Assembly: GCA_964016885.1 (NCBI GenBank)
Contig: OZ024741.1
Coordinates: 262,446,001 to 262,510,000 of the forward strand
Origin: Eledone cirrhosa
Taxonomy: Eukaryota
Direction: 5' to 3'
Length of the DNA: 64,000 nt
Both the position numbers and the translations under genes were made by a program. The notes below the pieces were generated by a model that had not been told where the DNA came from, did not search any database, and was given only the letters and a program-made list of their open reading frames with translations. The number at the start of each line of letters is the position of its first letter. The stretch's first letter is position 1. Of this stretch, positions 37,863 through 51,900 are shown piece after piece.

Positions 37863-40800
37863 GTTTCGCTTTACGAATGTTTCGACTTACGAGTGTTTCG
37901 ACTTACGAGTGTTTCGGCTTACGAGTGTTTCGACTTACGAGATTTTTTACTTACGGGTGTTTCGACTTACGCGTGTTTCGGCTTACGAATGTTTTGACTT
38001 ACGAGTGTTTTGACTTACAGGTATTTTGACATACGAGTGTTTCGATACGAGTGTTTCGACTTATGAGTGTTCTGACTTACGAGTGTTTCGACTTACGAGT
38101 GTTTCGACTTACGAGTGTTTCGGCTTACGAGTGTTTCGGCTCACGAGTGTTTCGACTTACGAGTGTTTCGACTTACGAGTGTTTTGACTTACGTGTGTTT
38201 CGACTTACGAGTGTTTTGGTTTACGTGTGTTTCGACTTACGAATGTTTCGGCTTACGAGTGTTTCGACTTACGAGTGTTTTGACTTACGGGTGTTTCGAC
38301 TTACGAGTGTTTTGGTTTACGTGTGTTTCGACTTACGAATGTTTCGGCTTACGAGTGTTTCGACTTACGAGTGTTTCGACTTACGGTTGTTCTGACTTAC
38401 GGGTATTCGGACTTACGAGTGATTTGGCATACGAGTGTTTCGACTTACGAGTGTTTTCGGCTTACGAGTGTTTCGACTTACGAGTGTTTCGACTTACGAA
38501 TGTTTCGACATGCGAGTTTTTTGACTTACGGATGTTTCGACTTACGGGTGTTTCGACTCACGAGTGTTTCTACTTACGAGAGTTTCGACTTACGAGTGTT
38601 CCGACTTACGAGTGTTTTGACTTACGAGTGTTCCGACTTACGAGTGTTTCGGCTTACGAGTGTTTCGGCTCACGAGTGTTCCGACTTACGAGTGTTCCGA
38701 CTTACGAGTGTTTCGGCTACGGATGTTCCGACTTACGAGTATTTTCGGCTTACGAGTGTTTTGACGTACGATTGTTTTGACTTACGGGTATTTCGGCTTA
38801 CGAGTGTTTCGACTTACGAGTGTTTCGACTTACGAGTGTTTTGACTTACGGGTGTTTCGACTTACGAGTGTTTTGGTTTACGTGTGTTTCGACTTACGAA
38901 TGCTTCGGTTTACGAGTGTTTCGACTTACGAGTGTTTTGACTTACGGGTGTTTCGACTTACGAGTGTTTTGGTTTACGAGTGTTTCGACTTACGAATGTT
39001 TCGTCTTACGAGTGTTTCGACTTACGAGTGTTTAAACTTGCGAGTGTTTTGACTTACGGGTGTTTCGACTTACGAGTGTTTTGGTTTACGTGTGTTTCGA
39101 CTTACGAGTGTTTCGACGTACGAGTGTTTCGACTTACGAGTGTTTTGACTTACGGGTGTTTCGACTTACGAGTGTTTTGGTTTACGTGTGTTTCGACTTA
39201 CGAATGTTTCGACTTACGAGTGTTTTGACTTACGATTGTTTCGGCTTACGAGTGTTTCGACTTACGAGTGTTTCGGCTTACGAGTGTTTCGGCTTACGAG
39301 TGTTTTGACTTAAGGGTGTTTCGACGAGTGTTTCGATACGAGTGTTTCGACTTACGGGTGTTCTGGCTTACGAGTGTTCTGATTTACGGATGTTTCGACT
39401 TATGAGTGTTTCGACTACGAGTGTTTCGACTTACGAGTGTTTCGACTACGAGTGTTTCGACTTACGAGTGTTCTGACTTACGAGTGTTCTGATACGAGTG
39501 TTCTGACTTACGAGTGTTCCGACTTACGAGTGTTTCGGCTTACGAGTGTTTCGGCTTACGTGTGTTTCGACTTACGAGTGTTTTGGCTTACGGTGTTTCG
39601 GCTTACGAATGTTTTGACTTACGAGTGTTTTGACTTACGAGTGTTCCGACTTACGGGTGTTTCGACTTACGAGTGTTTTGACTTACGAGTGTTTTGACTT
39701 ACGAGTGTTCCGACTTACGAGTGTTTCGGCTTACGAGTGTTTCGGCTCACGAGTGTTTCGACTTACGAGTGTTTTGAATTACGAATGTTTTGCCTTACGG
39801 GTGTTTCGGTTTACGGGTGTTTTGACTTACGAGTGTTCTGACTTACGAGTGTTCCGGCTTACGAGTGTTTCGGCTTACGAGTGTTTTGGTTTACGTGTGT
39901 TTCGACTTACGAATGTTTCGGCTTACGAGTGTTTCGACTTACGAGTGTTCCGACTTACGAGTGTTTCGGCTACGGATGTTCCGACTTACGAGTATTTTCG
40001 GCTTACGAGTGTTTTGACTTACGATTGTTTTGACTTACGGGTATTTCGGCTTACGAGTGTTTCGACTTACGAATGTTTCGGCTTACGAGTGTTTCGACTT
40101 ACGAGTGTTTTGACTTACGGGTGTTTCGACTTACGAGTGTTTTGGTTTACGTGTATTTCGACTTACGAATGTTTCGGCTTACGAGTGTTTCGACTTACGA
40201 GTGTTTAAACTTACGAGTGTTTTGACTTACGGGTGTTTCGACTTACGAGTGTTTTGGTTTACGTGTGTTTCGACTTACGAATGTTTCGACTTACGAGTGT
40301 TTTGACTTACGATTGTTTCGGATTACGAGTGTTTCGACTTACGAGTGTTTCGGCTTACGAGTGTTTCGGCTTACGAGTGTTTTGACTTAAGGGTGTTTCG
40401 ACGAGTGTTTCGATACGAGTGTTTCGACTTACGGGTGTTCTGACTTACGAGTGTTCTGATTTACGGATGTTTCGACTTATGAGTGTTTCGACTACGAGTG
40501 TTTCGACTTACGAGTGTTTCGACTACGAGTGTTTCGACTTACGAGTGTTCTGACTTACAAGTGTTCTGACTTACGAGTGTTCCGACTTACGAGTGTTTCG
40601 GCTTACGAGTGTTTCGGCTTACGTGTGTTTCGGCTTACGAGTGTTTCGACTTACGAGTGTTCCGACTTACGAGTGTTTCGACTTACGAGTGTTTTGGCTT
40701 ACGGTGTTTCGGCTTACGAATGTTTTGACTTACGAGTGTTTTGACTTACGGGTGTTTTGACATACGAGTGTTTCGATACGAGTGTTCTGACTTACGAGTG

Positions 40801-40892
40801 TTCTGACTTACGAGTGTTCTGACTTACGAGTGTTCCGACTTACGAGTGTTTCGGCTCAAGAGTGTTTCGGCTTACGAGTGTTTCGACTACGA

Positions 40893-40961
40893 AAATAACA
40901 AATAGACGCGGTTTCAAATCTCTATGCTATTAAAGTTCATTACATTAATCTTTATTTATAC
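40893..40961. repeat. 69-bp AT-rich spacer, class S1
   Basis: ctattaaag; copy of 33157 at +7736. Confidence 0.95.
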
Positions 40962-42768
40962 GTTTCGCTTTACGAATGTTTCGACTTACGAGTGTTTCGA
41001 CTTACGAGTGTTTCGGCTTACGAGTGTTTTGACTTACGAGATTTTTTACTTACGGGTGTTTCGACTTACGCGTGTTTCGGCTTACGAATGTTTTGACTTA
41101 CGAGTGTTTTGACTTACAGGTATTTTGACATACGAGTGTTTCGATACGAGTGTTTCGACTTATGAGTGTTCTGACTTACGAGTGTTTCGACTTACGAGTG
41201 TTTCGACTTACGAGTGTTTCGGCTTACGAGTGTTTCGGCTCACGAGTGTTTCGACTTACGAGTGTTTCGACTTAGGAGTGTTTTGACTTACGGGTGTTTC
41301 GACTTACGAGTGTTTTGGTTTACGTGTGTTTCGACTTACGAATGTTTCGGCTTACGAGTGTTTCGACTTACGAGTGTTTCGACTTACGAGTGTTTTGACT
41401 TACGGGTGTTTCGACTTACGAGTGTTTTGGTTTACGTGTGTTTCGACTTACGAATGTTTCGGCTTACGAGTGTTTCGACTTACGAGTGTTTCGACTTACG
41501 GTTGTTCTGACTTACGGGTATTCCGACTTACGAGTGATTTGGCATACGAGTGTTTCGACTTACGAGTGTTTTCGGCTTACGAGTGTTTCGACTTACGAGT
41601 GTTTTGACTTACGATTGTTTCGGCTTACGAGTGTTTCGACTTACGAGTGTTTCGGCTTACGAGTGTTTCGGCTTATGAGTGTTTTGACTTAAGGGTGTTT
41701 CGACGAGTGTTTCGATACGAGTGTTTCGACATGCGAGTTTTTTGACTTACGGATGTTTCGACTTACGGGTGTTTCGACTCACGAGTGTTTCTACTTACGA
41801 GTGTTTCGACTTACGAGTGTTCCGACTTACGAGTGTTTTGACTTACGAGTGTTCCGACTTACGAGTGTTTCGGCTTACGAGTGTTTCGGCTCACGAGTGT
41901 TCCGACTTACGAGTGTTCCGACTTACGAGTGTTTCGGCTACGGATGTTCCGACTTACGAGTATTTTCGGCTTACGAGTGTTTTGACTTACGATTGTTTTG
42001 ACTTACGGGTATTTCGGCTTACGAGTGTTTCGACTTACGAGTGTTTCGACTTACGAGTGTTTTGACTTACGGGTGTTTCGATTTACGAGTGTTTTGGTTT
42101 ACGTGTGTTTCGACTTACGAATGTTTCGGTTTACGAGTGTTTCGACTTACGAATGTTTCGTCTTACGAGTGTTTCGACTTACGAGTGTTTAAACTTACGA
42201 GTGTTTTGACTTACGGGTGTTTCGACTTACGAGTGTTTTGGTTTACGTGTGTTTCGACTTACGAGTGTTTCGACTTACGAGTGTTTCGACTTACGAGTGT
42301 TTTGACTTACGGGTGTTTCGACTTACGAGTGTTTTGGTTTACGTGTGTTTCGACTTACGAGTGTTTCGACTTACGAGTGTTTTGACTTACGATTGTTTCG
42401 GCTTACGAGTGTTTCGACTTACGAGTGTTTCGGCTTACGAGTGTTTCGGCTTACGAGTGTTTTGACTTAAGGGTGTTTCGACGAGTGTTTCGATACGAGT
42501 GTTTCGACTTACGGGTGTTCTGACTTACGAGTGTTCTGATTTACGGATGTTTCGAATTATGAGTGTTTCGACTACGAGTGTTTCGACTTACGAGTGTTTC
42601 GACTACGAGTGTTTCGACTTACGAGTGTTCTGACTTACGAGTGTTCTGACTTACGAGTGTTCTGACTTACGAGTGTTCCGACTTACGAGTGTTTCGGCTT
42701 ACGAGTGTTTTGGCTTACGTGTGTTTCGGCTTACGAGTGTTTCGACTTACGAGTGTTTCGACTTACGA

Positions 42769-42837
42769 AAATAACAAATAGACGCGGTTTCAAATCTCTA
42801 TGCTTTTCAAGTTCATTACATTAATCTTTATTTATAT
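42769..42837. repeat. 69-bp AT-rich spacer, class S2
   Basis: Copy of 35033 at +7736. Confidence 0.95.
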
Positions 42838-45529
42838 GTTTCGCTTTACGAATGTTTCGACTCACGAGTGTTTCGACTTACGAGTGTGTCGGCATACGAG
42901 TGTTTTGACTTACGAGATTTTTTACTTACGGGTGTTTCGACTTACGCGTGTTTCGGCTTACGAATGTTTTGACTTACGAGTGTTTTGACTTACGGGTGTT
43001 TTGACATGCGAGTGTTTCGATACGAGTGTTTCGACTCACGAGTGTTCTGACTTACGAGTGTTTTGACTTACGGTGTTTCGGTTTACGTGTGTTTCGACTT
43101 ACGAGTGTTTTGACTTACGGGTGTTTTGACATACGAGTGTTTCGATACGAGTGTTCTGACTTACGAGTGTTCTGACTTACGAGTGTTATGACTTACGGGT
43201 GTTCTGACTTACGAGTGTTCCGACTTACGAGTGTTTCGACTTATGAGTGTTTCGGCTTACGAGCGTTTCGACTACGAGTGTTTCGACTTACGAATGTTTT
43301 TGCTTACGAGTGTTTCGACTTACGAATGTTTTTGCTTACGAATGTTTTTGTTTACGAGTGTTCCGACCTACGAGTGTTTCGGCTACGGATGTTCCGACTT
43401 ACGAGTATTTTCGGCTTACGAGTGTTTCGACTTACGAGTGTTTTGACTTACGGGTGTTTCGACTTACGAGTGTTTTGGTTTACGTGTGTTTCGACTTACG
43501 AATGTTTCGGCTTACGAGTGTTTCGATTTACGAGTGTTTCGACTTACGGTTGTTCTGACTTACGGGTATTCCGACTTACGAGTGATTTTAGCATACGAGT
43601 GTTTCGACTTACGAGTGTTTTCGGCTTACGAGTGTTTCGACTTACGAGTGTTTTGACTTACGATTGTTTCGGCTTACGAGTGTTTCGACTTACGAGTGTT
43701 TCGGCTTACGAGTGTTTCGTCTTATGAGTGTTTTGACTTAAGGGTGTTTCGACGAGTGTTTCCTTACGAGTGTTTCGACTTACGGGTGTTCTGACTTACG
43801 AGTGTTCTGATTTACGGATGTTTCGAATTATGACTGTTTCGACTACGAGTGTTTCGACTTACGAGTGTTTCGACTACGAGTGTTTCGACTTACGAGTGTT
43901 CTGACTTACGAGTGTTCTGACTTACGGGTGTTCTGACTTACGAGTGTTCCGACTTACGAGTGTTTCGTCTTATGAGTGTTTCGGCTTACGAGCGTTTCGA
44001 CTACGAGTGTTTCGACTTACGAATGTTTTTGCTAACGAGTGTTTCGACTTACGAATGTTTTTGCTTACGAGTGTTTCGGCTTACGAGTGTTTCGACTTAC
44101 AAGTGTTTCGACTTACGAGTGTTTTGACTTACGGTGTTTCGGCTTACGAGTGTTTCGACATACGAGTGTTTTGACTTACCGGTGTTTCGACTTACGGGTG
44201 TTTCGACTTACGAGAGTTTCGACTTACGAGTGTTCTGACTTACGAGTGTTCTGACTTACGAGTGTTCCGACTTGCGAGTGTTTCGGGTTACGAGTGTTTC
44301 GACATGCGTTTTTTTTTACTTACGGATGTTTCGACTTACGGGTGTTTCGACTCACGAGTGTTTCTACTTACGAGTGTTTCGACTTACGAGTGTTCCGACT
44401 TACGAGTGTTTTGACTTACGAGTGTTCCGACTTACGAGTGTTTCGGCTTACGAGTGTTTCGGCTCACGAGTGTTTCGACTTACGAGTGTTCCGACTTACG
44501 AGTGTTTCGGCTACGGATGTTCCGACTTACGAGTATTTTCGGCTTACGAGTGTTTTGACTTACGATTGTTTTGACTTACGGGTATTTCGGCTTACGAGTG
44601 TTTCGACTTACGGTTGTTCTGACTTACGGGTATTCCGACTTACGATTGATTTGGCATACGAGTGTTTCGACTTACGAGTGTTTTCGGCTTACGAGTGTTT
44701 CGACTTACGAGTGTTTTGACTTACGATTGTTTCGGCTTACGAGTGTTTAGACTTACGAGTGTTTCGGCTTACGAGTGTTTCGTCTTATGAGTGTTTTGAC
44801 TTAAGGGTGTTTCGACGAGTGTTTCGATACGAGTGTTTCGATTTACGGGTGTTCTGACTTACGAGTGTTCTGATTTACGGATGTTACGAATTATGAGTGT
44901 TTCGACTACGAGTGTTTCGACTTACGAGTGTTTCGACTACGAGTGTTTCGACTTACGAGTGTTCTGACTTACGAGTGTTCTGACTTACGGGTGTTCTGAC
45001 TTACGAGTGTTCCGACTTACGAGTGTTTCGGCTTATGAGTGTTTCGGCTTACGAGCGTTTCGACTACGCGTGTTTCGACTTACGAATGTTTTTGCTAACG
45101 AGTGTTTCGACTTACGAATGTTTTTGCTTACGAGTGTTTCGGCTTACGAGTGTTTCGACTTACAAGTGTTTCGACTTACGAGTGTTCTGACTTACGAGTG
45201 TTCTGACTTACGAGTGTTCCGACTTACGAGTGTTTCGGCTTACGAGTGTTTCGGCTTACGTGTGTTTCGGCTTACGAGTGTTTCGACTTACGAGTGTTCC
45301 GACTTACGAGTGTTTCGACTTACGAGTGTTTTGGCTTACGGTGTTTCGGCTTACGAATGTTTTGACTTACGAGTGTTTTGACTTACGGGTGTTTTGACAT
45401 ACGAGTGTTTCGATACGAGTGTTCTGACTTACGAGTGTTCTGACTTACGAGTGTTCTGACTTACGAGTGTTCCGACTTACGAGTGTTTCGGCTCAAGAGT
45501 GTTTCGGCTTACGAGTGTTTCGACTACGA

Positions 45530-45598
45530 AAATAACAAATAGACGCGGTTTCAAATCTCTATGCTTTTAAAGTTCATTACATTAATCTTTATTTATAC
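45530..45598. repeat. 69-bp AT-rich spacer, class S3
   Basis: Copy of 37794 at +7736. Confidence 0.95.
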
Positions 45599-48500
45599 GT
45601 TTCGCTTTACGAATGTTTCGACTTACGAGTGTTTCGACTTACGAGTGTTTCGGCTTACGAGTGTTTCGACTTACGAGATTTTTTACTTACGGGTGTTTCG
45701 ACTTACGCGTGTTTCGGCTTACGAATGTTTTGACTTACGAGTGTTTTGACTTACAGGTATTTTGACATACGAGTGTTTCGATACGAGTGTTTCGACTTAT
45801 GAGTGTTCTGACTTACGAGTGTTTCGACTTACGAGTGTTTCGACTTACGAGTGTTTCGGCTTACGAGTGTTTCGGCTCACGAGTGTTTCGACTTACGAGT
45901 GTTTCGACTTACGAGTGTTTTGACTTACGTGTGTTTCGACTTACGAGTGTTTTGGTTTACGTGTGTTTCGACTTACGAATGTTTCGGCTTACGAGTGTTT
46001 CGACTTACGAGTGTTTTGACTTACGGGTGTTTCGACTTACGAGTGTTTTGGTTTACGTGTGTTTCGACTTACGAATGTTTCGGCTTACGAGTGTTTCGAC
46101 TTACGAGTGTTTCGACTTACGGTTGTTCTGACTTACGGGTATTCGGACTTACGAGTGATTTGGCATACGAGTGTTTCGACTTACGAGTGTTTTCGGCTTA
46201 CGAGTGTTTCGACTTACGAGTGTTTCGACTTACGAATGTTTCGACATGCGAGTTTTTTGACTTACGGATGTTTCGACTTACGGGTGTTTCGACTCACGAG
46301 TGTTTCTACTTACGAGTGTTTCGACTTACGAGTGTTCCGACTTACGAGTGTTTTGACTTACGAGTGTTCCGACTTACGAGTGTTTCGGCTTACGAGTGTT
46401 TCGGCTCACGAGTGTTCCGACTTACGAGTGTTCCGACTTACGAGTGTTTCGGCTACGGATGTTCCGACTTACGAGTATTTTCGGCTTACGAGTGTTTTGA
46501 CGTACGATTGTTTTGACTTACGGGTATTTCGGCTTACGAGTGTTTCGACTTACGAGTGTTTCGACTTACGAGTGTTTTGACTTACGGGTGTTTCGACTTA
46601 CGAGTGTTTTGGTTTACGTGTGTTTCGACTTACGAATGCTTCGGTTTACGAGTGTTTCGACTTACGAGTGTTTTGACTTACGGGTGTTTCGACTTACGAG
46701 TGTTTTGGTTTACGAGTGTTTCGACTTACGAATGTTTCGTCTTACGAGTGTTTCGACTTACGAGTGTTTAAACTTGCGAGTGTTTTGACTTACGGGTGTT
46801 TCGACTTACGAGTGTTTTGGTTTACGTGTGTTTCGACTTACGAGTGTTTCGACGTACGAGTGTTTCGGCTCACGAGTGTTCCGACTTACGAGTGTTCCGA
46901 CTTACGAGTGTTTCGGCTACGGATGTTCCGACTTACGAGTATTTTCGGCTTACGAGTGTTTTGACGTACGATTGTTTTGACTTACGGGTATTTCGGCTTA
47001 CGAGTGTTTCGACTTACGAGTGTTTCGACTTACGAGTGTTTTGACTTACGGGTGTTTCGACTTACGAGTGTTTTGGTTTACGTGTGTTTCGACTTACGAA
47101 TGCTTCGGTTTACGAGTGTTTCGACTTACGAGTGTTTTGACTTACGGGTGTTTCGACTTACGAGTGTTTTGGTTTACGTGTGTTTCGACTTACGAATGTT
47201 TCGACTTACGAGTGTTTTGACTTACGATTGTTTCGGCTTACGAGTGTTTCGACTTACGAGTGTTTCGGCTTACGAGTGTTTCGGCTTACGAGTGTTTTGA
47301 CTTAAGGGTGTTTCGACGAGTGTTTCGATACGAGTGTTTCGACTTACGGGTGTTCTGGCTTACGAGTGTTCTGATTTACGGATGTTTCGACTTATGAGTG
47401 TTTCGACTACGAGTGTTTCGACTTACGAGTGTTTCGACTACGAGTGTTTCGACTTACGAGTGTTCTGACTTACGAGTGTTCTGATACGAGTGTTCTGACT
47501 TACGAGTGTTCCGACTTACGAGTGTTTCGGCTTACGAGTGTTTCGGCTTACGTGTGTTTCGACTTACGAGTGTTTTGGCTTACGGTGTTTCGGCTTACGA
47601 ATGTTTTGACTTACGAGTGTTTTGACTTACGAGTGTTCCGACTTACGGGTGTTTCGACTTACGAGTGTTTTGACTTACGAGTGTTTTGACTTACGAGTGT
47701 TCCGACTTACGAGTGTTTCGGCTTACGAGTGTTTCGGCTCACGAGTGTTTCGACTTACGAGTGTTTTGAATTACGAATGTTTTGCCTTACGGGTGTTTCG
47801 GTTTACGGGTGTTTTGACTTACGAGTGTTCTGACTTACGAGTGTTCCGGCTTACGAGTGTTTCGGCTTACGAGTGTTTTGGTTTACGTGTGTTTCGACTT
47901 ACGAATGTTTCGGCTTACGAGTGTTTCGACTTACGAGTGTTCCGACCTACGAGTGTTTCGGCTACGGATGTTCCGACTTACGGGTGTTTCGGCTTATGAG
48001 TGTTTCGAATTACGAGTATTTTGACTTACGGGTGTTTCGACTTACGAGTGTTTTGGTTTACGTGTGTTTCGACTTACGAATGTTTCGGCTTACGAGTGTT
48101 TCGACTTACGAGTGTTTAAACTTACGAGTGTTTTGACTTACGGGTGTTTCGACTTACGAGTGTTTTGGTTTACGTGTGTTTCGACTTACGAATGTTTCGA
48201 CTTACGAGTGTTTTGACTTACGATTGTTTCGGCTTACGAGTGTTTCGACTTACGAGTGTTTCGGCTTACGAGTGTTTCGGCTTACGAGTGTTTTGACTTA
48301 AGGGTGTTTCGACGAGTGTTTCGATACGAGTGTTTTGACTTACGATTGTTTCGGCTTACGAGTGTTTCGACTTACGAGTGTTTTGACTTACGATTGTTTC
48401 GACTTACGAGTGTTTTGACTTACGAGTGTTTCGGCTTATGAGTGTTTCGACTTACGAGTGTTTTGACTTACGGGTGTTTCGACTACGAGTGTTTCGACTT

Positions 48501-48868
48501 ACGAGTGTTCTGACTTACGAGTGTTCTGACTTACGAGTGTTCCGACTTACGAGTGTTTCGGCTTACGAGTGTTTCGGCTTACGTGTGTTTCTTCTTACGA
48601 GTGTTTCGACTTACGAGTGTTCCGACTTACGAGTGTTTCGACCTACGAGTGTTTTGACTTACGGTGTTTCGGCTTACGAATGTTTTGACTTACGAGTGTT
48701 TTGACTTACGGGTGTTTTGACATACGAGTGTTTCGATACGAGTGTTCTGACTTATGAGTGTTCTGACTTACGATTGTTCTGACTTACGAGTGTTCTGACT
48801 TACGAGTGTTCCGACTTACGAGTGTTTCGGCTCACGAGTGTTTCGGCTTACGAGTGTTTCGACTACGA

Positions 48869-48937
48869 AAATAACAAATAGACGCGGTTTCAAATCTCTA
48901 TGCTTTTCAAGTTCATTACATTAATCTTTATTTATAC
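48869..48937. repeat. 69-bp AT-rich spacer, class S4
   Basis: cttttcaagttc; flanks match 10356. Confidence 0.95.
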
Positions 48938-51900
48938 GTTTCGCTTTACGAATGTTTCGACTTACGAGTGTTTCGACTTACGAGTGTTTCGGCTTACGAG
49001 TGTTTCGGCTCACGAGTGTTTCGACTTAAGAGTGTTTCGACTTACGAGTGCTTTTGCCATACGGGTGTTTCGGTTTACGAGTGTTTCGACTTAAGAGTGT
49101 TCTGACTTACGAGTGTTCCGACTTACGAGTGTTTCGACTTACGAGTGTTTCGACTTACGAGTGTTCCGACCTACGAGTGTTTCGGCTTACGGGTGTTCCG
49201 ACCTACGAGTGTTTCGACTGACGAGTGTTTTGACTTACGACTGTTTCGGCTTACGAGTGTTTCGACTTACGAGTGTTTCGACTTACGAGTGTTCTGACTT
49301 ACGAGTGTTCTGACTTACGAGTGTTCCGACTTACGAGTGTTTCGGCTTACGAGTGTTTCGACATGCGAGTGTTTTGACTTACGGATGTATCGACTTACGG
49401 GTGTTTCGACTCACGAGTGTTTCTACTTACGAGTGTTTCGACTTACGAGTGTTTCGACTTACGAGTGTTTCGGCTTACGAGTGTTTCGGCTCACGAGTTT
49501 TTCGACTTACGAGTGTTTTGAATTACGAATGTTTTGCCTTACGGGTGTTTCGGTTTACGAGTGTTTTGACTTACGAGTATTCTGACTTACGAGTGTTCCG
49601 ACTTACGGGTGTTTCGACTTACGAGTGTTTCGACTTACGAGTGTTCCGACCTACGAGGGTTTCGGCTTACGGGTGTTCCGACTTACGAGTATTTTCGGCT
49701 TACGAGTGTTTCGACTTACGAGTGTTTTGTCTTACGATTGTTTCGGCTTACGAGTGTTTCGACTTACGAGTGTTTTGACTTACGGGTGTTTTGACATACG
49801 AGTGTTTCGATACGAGTGTTCTGACTTACGAGTGTTCTGACTTACGAGTCTTCTGACTTACGGGTGTTCTGACTTACGAGTGTTCCGACTTACGAGTGTT
49901 TCGACTACGAGTGTTTCGACTTACGAATGTTTTTGCTTACGAGTGTTTCGACTTACGAATGTTTTTGCTTACGAATGTTTTTGCTTACGAGTGTTCTGAC
50001 TTACGAGTGTTTCGACTTACGAGTGTTCCGACTTACGAGTGTTTTGGTTTACGTGTGTTTCGACTTACGAATGTTTCGGCTTACGAGTGTTTCGACTTAC
50101 GAGTGTTCCGACCTACGAGTGTTTCGGCTACGGATGTTCCGACTTACGAGTATTTTCGGCTTACGAGTGTTTTGACTTACGATTGTTTTGACTTACGATT
50201 GTTTCGGCTTACGAGTGTTTCGACATACGAGTGTTTCGATTTACGAGTGTTTTGACTTAAGAATATTTTGACTTACGGGTGTTTCGGCTTACGAGTGTTT
50301 CGACTTACGAGTGTTTTGACTTACGGGTGTTTCGACTTACGAGTGTTTTGGTTTACGTGTGTCTCGACTTACGAATGTTTCGGCTTACGAGTGTTTCGAC
50401 TTACTAGTGTTTCGACTTACGGTTGTTCTGACTTACTGGTATTCCGACTTACGAGTGATTTGGCATACGAGTGTTTCGACTTACGAGTGTTTTCGGCTTA
50501 CGAGTGTTTCGACTTACGAGTGTTTTGACTTACGATTGTTTCGGCTTACGAGTGTTTCGACTTACGAGTGTTTCGGCTTACGAGTGTTTCGGCTTATGAG
50601 TGTTTTGACTTAAAGGTGTTTCGACGAGTGTTTCGATACGAGTGTTTCGACTTACGGGTGTTCTGACTTACGAGTGTTCTGATTTACGGATGTTTCGAAT
50701 TATGAGTGTTTCGACTACGAGTGTTTCGACTTACGAGTGTTTCGACTACGAGTGTTTTGACTTACGAGTGTTCTGACTTACGAGTGTTCTGACTTACGTG
50801 TGTTCTGACTTACGAGTGTTCCGACTTACGAGTGTTTCGGCTTATGAGTGTTTCGGCTTACGAGCGTTTCGACTAGGAGTGTTTCGACTTACGAATGTTT
50901 TTGCTAACGAGTGTTTCGACTTACAAGTGTTTCGACTTACGAGCGTTTTGACTTACGGTGTTTCGGCTTACGAGTGTTTCGACATACGAGTGTTTTGACT
51001 TACCGGTGTTTCGACTTACGGGTGTTTCGACTTACGAGAGTTTCGACTTACGAGTGCTCTGACTTACGAGTGTTCTGACTTACGAGTGTTCCGACTTGCG
51101 GGTGTTCTGACTTACGAGTGTTCCGACTTACGAGTGTTTCGACTTATGAGTGTTTCGGCTTACGAGCGTTTCGACTACGAGTGTTTCGACTTACGAATGT
51201 TTTTGCTTACGAGTGTTTCGACTTACGAATGTTTTTGCTTACGAATGTTTTTGCTTACGAGTATTCTGACTTACGAGTGTTTTGACTTACGAGTGTTCCG
51301 ACTTACGAGTGTTTTGGTTTACGTGTGTTTCGACTTACGAATGTTTCGGCTTACGAGTGTTTCGACTTACGAGTGTTCCGACCTACGAGTGTTTCGGCTA
51401 CGGATGTTCCGACTTACGAGTATTTTCGGCTTACGAGTGTTTCGACTTACGAGTGTTTTGACTTACGGGTGTTTCGACTTACGAGTGTTTTGGTTTACGT
51501 GTGTTTCGACTTACGAATGTTTCGGCTTACGAGTGTTTCGATTTACGAGTGTTTCGACTTACGGTTGTTCTGACTTACGGGTATTCCGACTTACGAGTGA
51601 TTTGGCATACGAGTGTTTCGACTTACGAGTGTTTTCGGCTTACGAGTGTTTCGACTTACGAGTGTTTTGACTTACGATTGTTTCGGCTTACGAGTGTTTC
51701 GACTTACGAGTGTTTCGGCAAACGAGTGTTTCGTCTTATGAGTGTTTTGACTTAAGGGTGTTTCGACGAGTGTTTCCTTACGAGTGTTTCGACTTACGGG
51801 TGTTTTGACATACGAGTGTTTCGACTAACTAATGTTTTTACTTACGAGTGTTTCGGCGTACGAATGTTTTGACTTACGGGTGTTTCGGCTTACCAGTGTT

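Larger units (their letters stand above)
32199..47945 (+). repeat. Tandem duplication, period 7,736 bp (second copy has an extra 256 bp)
   Basis: ORF pairs 32778/40514, 35064/42800 and 38980/46716 at +7736, then 39437/47429 at +7992. Confidence 0.92.
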
